Shown piece after piece: positions 43,188 to 64,000 of a DNA stretch of 64,000 nucleotides. Numbering within the stretch: position 1 is the first letter of the stretch; each line of letters begins with the position of its first letter. Source of the stretch: the human T2T-CHM13v2.0 reference genome, Homo sapiens; the NCBI RefSeq assembly GCF_009914755.1, contig NC_060933.1. One strand, written 5' to 3'. Below the pieces are notes generated by a model. The model did not search any database and had not been told where the DNA came from. It was given only the letters and a program-made list of their open reading frames with translations. Position numbers and translations under genes: made by a program.

Positions 43188-44842
43188 GCTGAAATGAAAA
43201 TAAAAGAGAGTGCTGGGTCAGAGCTTGATGCTAGACCAAGCTCAGATTTCAGTGAGTCTGAGCTTTGGCCACTAGCCTCAAAGCTACGCACAAAGGAGAA
43301 AATTATGCAGGGACAACAGAAATACCTCTGAGACCCATGATTACCAAGAAAGTAGTCAGTGCGGGGGGAGGACAAAACCAAGTAACTGTTGAAACCAGAG
43401 GGTATGGTGGAAGGAATTGTTCATTTTGGAGACCAGTATCATTAGCTTTTACTAAAGCGGATTCTGAAGTAACTGACTTAGGAGCAGGGTCTTTGGTTTT
43501 GTATGCTACAGGGTGCAAGAGCATGTTTGGGTCGATGAGGGACCCACAGTTCACTATTGAACATCACAGATGGCTATGTATGATGCAGACACAGAGGAGG
43601 TTATTTCCGAGGAAACAGCCAACCTGGTGGATTGGAAAAAAGCCACTGTAAGGTCTGTTTACCCTGAGAAGGGAAACTGTCCCTCTCCCCCTGTAAATGC
43701 CAAGTGGAGCAACCCAGATGAAGCAATTGATATCCTTCATATGTAAGCCATGTGGGACTGGTTTTCTGATGAATGAATATTCACCTGCTGAATGTGCCTG
43801 TTACCCAGGTCATGGTAAATGCTGTGGTTAAGGGGACCCCTTCTGCATGGGCACCTCGTGTAACTTTATTGCTGTAAAATCCAGCTATGGTCAGAGAAGC
43901 CTTACGTAATTTACAGCTTTCCCTCATGGGGCTTACAGATGCTAATAAAACATTAGGGTAATTAACAAGAGAACGGGGAAAGGCAAAAGGGAGAGTCAGA
44001 GGTTCATCCCAGGAAGTGGAAATGTTTAAATTTAAAAAATAAAAACATTTTTATATGTTATTAAGAAATAAGGTGAATGTTTTTAAAAACTGATAAAGGT
44101 GAAACACAGGGGAAAAGGAAAGGAGAGAGTCATGGGACTCATCCCAGCAGGGTGGAAATCTTTAGACGGTTATTTAAAAATGGAATGAATAAATAACTTG
44201 ATGGAGTTGAAAGAAAGGTCTTAACACAATACTATCAAAGGTTGGATGGACCAAAGGGAGTCCGGCCCCCATTCCCCCATATTAAAGGATCGCAAACCAG
44301 TTTTCTGTATTTTCCCCAGTTTGGAGGAATTTTAAAAGGCAAAAAGATTACTATGAGAAATCCCACCTGGAATTGCCTGGGGCAATAGACTGGCTAATCA
44401 AGGTAAGCAGAGACCAGAGTCACTTGGCCAGACCCTTGCTGGAGACCAAAAGCCTTTTATATAAGAGAGGGTGAAAGTGGTCTGGGGATGGAGAGCGAAG
44501 TTCCTGGGACTAGAACATAAAAATGTAAGCATTGATAAGATTAAGAAAGTTGGAATGTTTACACCGCCTTCATGTAAAGTAGTTGTGTTTCCTTTACTTA
44601 AATGTTTTATAGGAACAGACATTGTATGTGAGTGGGGAATATTCTCCCTACTTATTTCTGGAAAACAGAAGGCATGTGAACCATCCTAAAAACAATATTA
44701 ATTAGACATGCTAAAGGGGAACCAGTAAGATTACCTGAGCCCACACAGAAGACAGCAGAAGCTGGAGTGCCTGGAGAGACAGATTCTCCACTTGAGTACC
44801 CAGTACCCAGAAGAGCTCCATCATCATGAAAAGAAAATGGTT

Positions 44843-48885
<4,043 letters not shown>

Positions 48886-49108
48886 TGATGTTTTTTATAC
48901 AAAATTGAGGGTCTGTACATACACAACTGGAATGGATTTAACTCCTCACAACATCACACCAAGTAGGAATTGCTAATCCATTCTCCAACTGAAAAACAAA
49001 AAGTGAGTTAGCTGTGTGTCCTTAGGCAAATAATTTCAGTTCTCTCTGCTTCTAGTTCCCCAGTAGAAAAAAGTAAATGGCAATATCTTCCTTCTCTACT
49101 ACATAGGC

Positions 49109-49495
49109 GTGATGATCAGTTTTGCTTGTTAATTTGGGTGGTTACAGTTCCCAGTTATTCAGTCAAACATGAATCTAGGTGGTATGCATGGATTTTGTGG
49201 ATATGAAGAAAGTCCATATTAGTTAGGTTTAAATAAAGGAGATCATCCCAGATAATCTGAGTGGGCCTGATCCAATCAGTTGAAATATTTTAAGAGCAAA
49301 GCTGATGCTTCCCTGGGGAAGAAGAAATTCCACTCATGGGCTTGGCTATACTGGACAGTCCTAGCATGGTTTTCGTGAGAGCCCACCCTACAGATTTTGA
49401 ACTTGCCCGGCCAGGCCCCACAATTACATAAACCAATTCCCTGCAATAAATCTTGTCATGTGTATCTCCCACTGGCTCTGCCTCTTTGAGCACAA
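49109..49495 (+). mobile_element. MLT2 (ERV-L) LTR, MLT2D-like
   Basis: cccagttattcagtcaaaca...gataatctgagtgggcctgatccaatcagttgaa...aataaatc. Confidence 0.8.
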
Positions 49496-49753
49496 TGGGC
49501 GTGTGTTAGAAACTAAAGTACTATATATCTGCAAGGTATTTCACAGTGCCTCTGGATTGTGTGAGAACACAGTTTATAGTTTCAATGTGCTAGGGAGGAT
49601 GACAAAAGAGAAAGACTGAAAAGATCTCTTGTTGCACACTGCACCTGGGTGAGTCTCATCTGAAGAATGAGTCATGGTGGTCACTGCAGGAAGGACTCTG
49701 CAGATCCAGAGTGAAGCTGGCATCAGGCCCTGCGTCATGGTCCAGGTTCTCTG

Positions 49754-49880
49754 GAAAGAAAGAAAGGAAGGGAACAAATGAATGAGAAAGAAAGAAAAAA
49801 GAAGGAAAGAAAGAAAGAAAGAAAAAGAAAGAAAGAGAAAGAGAGGAAAAGAAAGAGAAAGACAAGACAAGACTGAAAAA
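49754..49880 (+). repeat. (GAAA)n purine-rich low-complexity tract
   Basis: About 125 bp, almost all A/G. Confidence 0.9.
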
Positions 49881-50103
49881 ACACAGGTCTGAGTGCTGGA
49901 ATGTGGCTTTACCTCTAGCAGGCTGTGTGATATTTAATATAATAATAATAATAATAATCTCTTTGGAACTCCATTTTCTTATTTATAAAATATAACAGGT
50001 AGGAGTTGGGTCTTTTTTTAGACCTAAAAAGGACCTTTTTTTTTAGAGCTAACCAGGTTAAACTATGTGTTTGCTTAATATCCATGATTAGGCTTTAAAA
50101 TCT

Positions 50104-50530
50104 TTTTTTAATTAACAGCTTTATTGAGGTATAGTTTACGTACAATGAAATTCACCAAATTTAAGTATACATGTTGATAGTTTTGAATACATACGTACAA
50201 AATGCATACAATTGTGTCACCACCACCACCATCACAATAATTATTTAGAATATGAAGAAGAACAGAAGCCTGGACCCTGCCAGACACTGATCAGCTCTGT
50301 CCCTATGGCTTTGCCTTTATTAGAATCTCATAGAATAGATGTGTGTATGTTTCTGTGTCTGGCTTCCTTCACTTAGCACAATGCTTCTGAGATTCAGGTT
50401 TGATCATTAGTGCGTTTTGTTCTAATTTCACACTGGCTATTTGTATATCTTCTAAAATAGACAGTTTATATCCTTTGCCCATTTTTATTGGGTCATTGAT
50501 TTTTTTCATCAGAGATGTATAGAAGCATAG
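50104..50530 (-). mobile_element. Old L1M (L1MC/ME) fragment
   Basis: cagctttattgaggtata...ggcttccttcacttagcacaatg...cctttgcccatttt. Confidence 0.75.
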
Positions 50531-52781
50531 TTTTTGAAAGGCAATGAATAATATGAAAGTTGATTTTATTTTTCTTAAAGCTTCTTGAGTGCATCTTGTC
50601 CCACCAAATTCCCCATTTGGAGCCACCAATGGCTGGAGACACCATTCTTCGTTCTCTACCACCCTGGAGGTGCTTGCTCCCTTCCACCGCCCAGGTTGCC
50701 ACAGAGGAGCACACCCTGGTGCACCCACACTGGCCTGATTCTCACCAGTGCCCAGGCTGGACAGGGGCTGGATCCTTGGAGGGGAAAGGAGAGGACAGAG
50801 CACCAGCTTCCACCCCTGCTCCTTGGCTCCCATCTTTGGGTGGCTTCCCCAGCTGCAGAGTTGTAGACTCTGGCCTTTGTCATTGTCCCTGAGTGTGTGC
50901 ACCTGGTCCTGGGACCAGAAACCCCACATCGCCAAATGGGCAGGAGAGGCTCTCCATCTCATTACATTCTGCTTCCTTACTGGCTATAAACATTCAGAAA
51001 ACCTCACAGGGCTGGGCATTCTCCACCAAGGCTACTTTCAAATCCTTAGCAAAGAAAGAATGCTAGACAAATCTGTTAGGCTGGAGGAATGGAAAACCTA
51101 CTTGGACAGACAAGAAGATTACTCCAGCCCCGCTCACCACCAGAGGCTAACTGAACCCCCCAATCTCATTTCTCTTCTTTCCCAGCCTGCACCGTTAGGA
51201 CATGGTGCTGAGAAGAGCTCATCATCTCTCAATGCCCTGCACTGGGCAGCAGGGAGGGAGGGAGGCCTTGATCCTACTGCACTGGGACAGGTGTGTGCCT
51301 GGCTACCTAGGGAAATACTGTGGCCCACAAGGGCTAGGCTGCATTGTATGTCATTGACAGGGCACCACCCTTCAGGTGCGCGCCCAGTTAAGCAGGTTGT
51401 CATGTACAAGCCTCAGTACCCAACCACTAAGTGCACCATCTTTGGGGGAAAATACATCTTGTTTTCCACACAGCTGACTGACCACACACCAAAGACACAC
51501 AACCTGCTTATAAACTGGGACTCCCCTGTTGGAATCTTCTGGAAAACTTGAGTGTGCTTCTCAGGCAGATGTTTACCCTTTAAGCAGGGAAAAATGGAAT
51601 TTGTGGCTCAGTTTTTCTTTCTATTCTATCTCTAACTAGTCCAAAATGGAATTGAGGAGGAATAAAACAGCAAGGAACTCTGAAATTAGAATGGCAACAA
51701 TGGAAGAAGATTGTCTTGGTTCAACTCCAATGGCCACCTTAGATCTCTTATTAAGAGCTATTAACTGGAAAATAATTGCATAATAGCCTTCCTATGATAA
51801 TTCCAAATTTGTTTGTATTCCAGAATTTTTCTAGAATGCTCCAAAATTCCCATCTCTGAACCTATGAAGTCTTCCCTAGAATCTGCAAATTCTCAAAGTC
51901 TTTAGAGACTCACTGGTCACTTGCTGGACAGGGGTTCTGTAAAAGGATTCTGGGGAGTTTGACTCAGTGTTCAACAAAGGCCCTTCCAAAGTTTTAGGGT
52001 CTATTCTGGGATTCCCAAGGGGACCTGGAGCCTTTCTCACATCTTCCTTGTGGAAGAGCACCTGCTTCATCCTCTGTTGCAACACAAAGAACCATTGTGA
52101 AGCTCCATGGTGAGTTTCCGTGAGTTTATTCCACCACGTGTGGCTCAGGCAGGCATGGATTTACAGGTATGCCTGTGCTTTGTTTCATATTCAGATGTAT
52201 AGTTCCAACAGTTTACTTTATCAGCTGTACTCTTTGTCTTCCTTGTGTTCTGTCAAGCATCAAATCCAGTGTCATCTCTGTGTGGGTACCCTGCAAATGC
52301 TAATTGGTGGTGACAAAATAATGATGTTGACTGATGAATCATTTGGCCCCATAAAACTGATGAATCATTTGGTTGGAGAGTCCCAGGTTCAGCAGTTATG
52401 TAATGTGGCTTCACCAAACAGGTAATGTTTCATACCTCAGAGCAACATGGAACATTTTGCCTGCCAGGGCCTAGTCATTTCTATTCACAGCTGAAAAGCC
52501 TTCTCTGAAGAGTACAACTTGTTTTTTTTTAAAAAAATCAACCCTGTAGGCAGACGTTTCATGTAAGAGATACAGCTGTTTGCTTTGATTTAGGCTTCTA
52601 CCAAAACTACTACCCAAACTCCCACACTGATTGGCAATTAGCTGAACAAACAGATGGAGCAAGAGCCTGAATCAGATCATAAAACAAATAAACGAATTCA
52701 TGTGAGTCTTAACACTTCAATGGTATTGTTCCCACCTTCCTGTGGAAAGGTATGGACATCTTAAAATAAACAGGCTATGGA

Positions 52782-54089
<1,308 letters not shown>

Positions 54090-54904
54090 TGTGAATTCCT
54101 TTTGATAAGACATGCTCCCTCCAGTTGCCAAAGTCCTCTATGCTATCTACAGGTTTGCTTGAACATTTGTATTTTCCTATAGGGCCCTCCAGCACTTCAA
54201 TTTTCCACCTCTGTCTTAGATGACACTGACATCTCATTGCTCCTCCTCCGATGTGATGAAACTTTGATGAAGTCAGGGTGTTAGGAGGGGAAGCCATACT
54301 TCCTCCAGGGATTCCACCTTATGGCCACTATTTTTCTCACAGTGAAAACAAAAGGAGACAAGATTCCAGGAGAAGATGCTCAGCTTCTCTCAAATCCAAA
54401 AGATGCAAATTAAAGTAAGATAACTTCTTATTTTTAACCTCTAAGTTTTATAAAATTAAATAGATTAAATAATATTTAGGGTTGGTGTGAGTGTGGAGAA
54501 GTGGGTCCCCTCATTTACTGGTAAGTTGATGTAATTTTGTTGACCAAAAAATTGGGAATATTTATGCTTTGTAAAAAAGTACATACTGTTTGCCTCAATA
54601 AATCCACTTATAGTCTATAAAAGTAGTCACACAAGCATGGATATTATATTCACATATTCAAAGATTTTTCTGTAGCATAGTTTATAATATAAAAAACTGA
54701 AAAGAATCTATAAGTTTATCAATAATGAGATTTTAAATTATGGTTACATGTGATGGTTAAGCAGAATGAGTTGTATCTGTGTGTATAGTTGTATCTGTGT
54801 GTAATGAAAAGGTGTGCAGGATAACTGTAAGTACAAAAAAAACAAACTTCAGAACAATGTTTATAGTATGATCCTATTAAAAAACCAAAATAATAATACA
54901 TTAT

Positions 54905-60530
<5,626 letters not shown>

Positions 60531-60626
60531 GAATTTAAGAATGAAGAAAAGCTGTGAAAAATGCCACAAATTACCATATGTGTATTTTGATATGCAGATG
60601 TAGCAATATGCATAGAGAGAGTCTAG

Positions 60627-60796
60627 TAAAGTGGTCTTCAACTCGGGGAGATTTCGGACCAGGGGACATTGACAAATGTCAATAGATATTTTTGATTTTC
60701 ATGCCTAGATGAATAGGCCAGGGATGCTGATAAACAACTCGTAGCAAAGAATTAATTGGCTTCAAAATCAACAGGACTGAGGTTGAGAAGCCCTGG
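60627..60796 (+). mobile_element. MER20 (hAT-Charlie) element
   Basis: agtggtcttcaac..ggggagattt..caggggacatt...ggccagggatgctg...gaggttgagaagccctg. Confidence 0.8.
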
Positions 60797-60889
60797 TTGA
60801 AAGTTGCTATAAGAATATTGGCAATTATCTCTAGCATTGATAGGGACATTAGGATGCTGTGTAGGGAACAATTTTTTAATTTTAAAAAT

Positions 60890-61738
60890 TATTTATTATT
60901 TATTTTTAAAATTTGAGACAGGGTCTCACTGCGTTGCTCAGGCTGGAGTGCGTGGTGCGATCTTGACTCACTGCATCCTCTGCCTCCCAGGCTGAAGCGA
61001 TCCTTCTGCCCCAGCCTCCTGAGTAGCTGGGACTATAGGCATACACCACCACATCTGGCTAATTTTTGTTGCCTGAGGCTCCCACAGCGCTGGGATTACG
61101 GGAGTGAGTTGCTGTGCCAGGCCTTTTTGTCATAATTTAAACAAAGTACTTTTTTTCAACAGGTAAGTTGCTGGTTCCACACCTCTTCCAAAAAATATAA
61201 CAAATGAAAGGTTTGAAAATATATGGGTCGCTTCTCCACCCTCATCCCTATCCCTATAATATGCATTGTTGGTTTCTTTATGAACCTTTCCAGACATATT
61301 TATGCATATCAGACCAAGTAGAAATAGAGCTTCTTATTCTCTCTTTTTCTTTCCCACCATAAAGTATATATTATATTTGGTTTAGCACTTTTTTCTTTAA
61401 CAATATGCCTTACACTGTTGTACTGAAGTCATTTTACAATCATATATATATTTTTTGAGACAGAGTCTCACTCTGTTCCTTAGGCTGGAGTGTAGTGGCA
61501 CAACATTGACTCACTGTAACCTGTGTCCCCGGGGTTCAAGTGATTCTTCTGCCTCAGCCTCTTGGGTAGCTGGGATTACAGGTACATACCACCACACCCG
61601 GCTAATTTTTTGTATTTTTAGTAGAGATGAGGTTTCACTCTGTCGGCTAGGCTGGTCTCGAACTCTTGACCTCAGGTGATCTCCTGCCTCAGCCTTCCAA
61701 AGTGCTGGGATTACAGGTGTGAGCCACAGGTGCCTGGT
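60890..61738 (-). mobile_element. Two antisense Alus (~60890-61123, ~61449-61738)
   Basis: Alu motifs. Confidence 0.9.
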
Positions 61739-62059
61739 CTTACAATCATATATGTTCCTTTGAAATTAAAACAAATGAGAAATATTGAGCCTTGTTTGGG
61801 AGGGAGTTGGAATTGTCGGGAAGGGTTAGTCATTTTCATTCACAAAGATGACTATTCCACTTCTAGCAGCTGGGAAGCTGAAGAATAATTTAAAAATTGA
61901 GACAAAAATAGCTATTGCAGGCATAGAAGTAGGTACCAGTAGATGATGAATTTGTCTTCTCAGTACTGATGTTGCTCTACTGAGAACGATAATTCCATGT
62001 CTTTAGACATCAGTGCTTTTTATCCAGGAATACCTCTCTAAAGCACTCTAGTGCTCACA

Positions 62060-62357
62060 TGTCTGCTCCTACCCACTGCACTGAACTTAGAGGGTCCATG
62101 TGCCTAACGGGCAGGGCACCGAGGGCAGCCTCTTGTCAAGAGACAGTGGAAACTGAGGCCCTCAGTCCTTCAGCCCGTGGAACTGAAATTCTGCCAACAA
62201 CAGACTCTTTCCTCGTGCAGCTTATCAGACACCTGGATTACAGCCTCAGGGGGGCCCCTGAGCAGAGGACCTGCTAAGCTGTGCCTGGACTCCTCAATCG
62301 TAAACACTGTGTGATAAGAAATTGTGTATTTTTATGCAGCAATAGATAACTATCACA
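62060..62357 (+). mobile_element. MLT1 (MaLR) LTR fragment, MLT1F/G-like
   Basis: gaaactgaggccctcagtcc...ctgagcagaggacc..gctaagctgtgcctgga...gcagcaatagataac. Confidence 0.8.
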
Positions 62358-62525
62358 GTTGTGAAATCACCACTTTTCACAGTGACTAAGAGCCAAAGCA
62401 GGTGCCAATCACTAAAATTTCCTTGTCAAGGAGGGCACTGTAATGTCATTCCACTGGTGAAGAGAACTTGGAGCAGACTTCGTGAGTTTCAAGGAATCAC
62501 AGGAAACAAAATCACCTCCACTACA

Positions 62526-62831
62526 AGCTGGGACCTGCAGTGTGTGTGTACGTGAGCGATGGAAGCTGGGGTCTGCAGGGTTGTGTGTATGTGAGCAGTG
62601 TGAACTGGGGGGGTCTGCAGGGTGTGTGTATGTGAGAGATGTGAGCTGGGACCTGCAGGGTGTGTAAATGTGAGAGATGTGAGCTGGGGTCTGCAGGGTG
62701 CGTGTGTGTGAGCGATGTGAGCTGGGGTCTGCACAGTGTGTGTATGTGAGCTATGGAAACTGGAGTCTGCAGGGTGTGTGTATATGAACAATGGAAGCTG
62801 GGGTCTGCAGGGTGTGTTTATGTGAGTGATG
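62526..62831 (+). repeat. Minisatellite, ~8 copies of a ~38-bp unit
   Basis: Consensus agctggggtctgcagggtgtgtgtatgtgagcgatg(tg/ga). Confidence 0.92.
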
Positions 62832-64000
62832 AAAGTGCCACCCTGATGTGTGTTTCTGCTCTAGAATAGCTTCAGATCTGGAGTGTAGCCATTCTTGAAA
62901 AAATTTTGGAAATAGCAGTGATGACTGTACAACATTGTAAATGTCGTTAATGCCACTGAATTGTAACTCAAAATACTTATAATGGCAAATTTTATGTTAC
63001 ATATATTTATTAAGAAAAGATAAATACAAAACAGCGTAGAGTCAAATTCTCAGCTGTGCACAGCACATTCTCCAACCTCTAAAGAGAAACTTGGGTGGAA
63101 AGCCTGTGTTCTTTCAAATCCTGGCAGTAGAAGAGTAAATTGGTAAACACCTGCCAGTTGGGCAAAAAACAAAAAGCCCAGGTGTTGCCTTAGGTTTTTG
63201 TTTTTCCCTCTAGGTAGGAAAAGAAGGGGCCCAAGCATTCCCAAAGGTGAATTTCAGGTGGACCTAAAATGCTAAAAGTTTGTGTTGTTCTCTTCTACAA
63301 AAAGCTAAATTAGGTACTAGGGCTGGGGCAAAGCATTAGATAAACTGGAAAAAAGAAAAGAAAAACTCCTAAAAACAAAGAAAAAAAAAAGAAGAAGAAA
63401 GAAAAGAAAAACCCATTTCAGATGTTGCGAGAGTCTCCTATCCCCCATTCTAGGCATTTCTTGGCAGCTGTAATGTTAACTCTCAAATGCCAATTGCACT
63501 GTTGAAGGTTTGAGTAAACTTGGAAAGGAAAATTTAAAAAACTTGAAATGAAAGAGAGTTTTTAAAAGCTGGCTTTGTGTCTTATGGCTACTGCATCTAG
63601 ATATATGATAAAAACCATATTCTATGCTTGTAATTTCATAAACATTGGAGGAATCATCCTCATCAGGGAAGCTGCCAAAAGCAAACAAAACCCAGGATGG
63701 TATACAACTGCCTTGCTTGTTGCAGCTGGTGAGGGAATTGAAATGCAAGTTTTTGAATATGAAAAGGAAAATAATTTCCATAACTGACAATTTTTAGTAT
63801 GATTTTCACCTATGGGAGCCTCTGAAAAAGGGGAGACAATATGAAAAGACAGGCACTCTCTAATTGGAGATACACTTTTAGAATTTTAAATATTAGTTTT
63901 TAGTTCCTAATGAGCTCTTGTAAGATCAGATGCCTGCGCCTTAGAGGCTGATAATTTTCTGGCCTCTGAGCATATTTTTGAGTGGGTCCATTTGGACTCA

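Noticed and set aside
50748-51551. Longest ORF in the track (267 aa)
   Set aside because: Starts at GTG rather than ATG, shows no recognisable domain or promoter, and has random-like composition; treated as a chance ORF pending a homology search
62526-62831. CRISPR-like periodicity
   Set aside because: Head-to-tail units with no unique spacers in human DNA; it is a minisatellite

Overview
Human genomic DNA, inferred to be 9q22.33 from gene content. The window holds three genes or gene copies. (1) The CpG-island promoter and first exon of an MFSD14B/HIATL1 duplicate on the - strand, most likely MFSD14CP/HIATL2; the rest of that gene lies left of the window. (2) The complete CTSV (cathepsin V/L2) gene on the - strand: a non-coding exon 1 plus seven coding exons that splice to 1005 nt (334 aa + stop) with an intact Cys-His-Asn triad. 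(3) A near full-length processed TCEA1 (TFIIS) pseudogene on the + strand. The remainder is dense interspersed repeat: about 50 Alus, L1/L2/MIR, Tigger/MER DNA transposons, several solo LTRs, an ERV-L pol fragment, a truncated MER21-type provirus with nested insertions, and a 38-bp minisatellite. Almost all long ORFs in the supplied track are Alu-, L1- or GC-skew artefacts. I found no convincing evidence of a new biological system. The best leads are regulatory or evolutionary: a uORF whose stop overlaps the MFSD14 start codon, inverted Alus around the CTSV catalytic exon, residual coding potential of the TCEA1 retrocopy, and an RT-less ERV-L-like provirus. Repeat subfamily names come from my recall of consensus sequences, and repeat boundaries are approximate unless a TSD is quoted.
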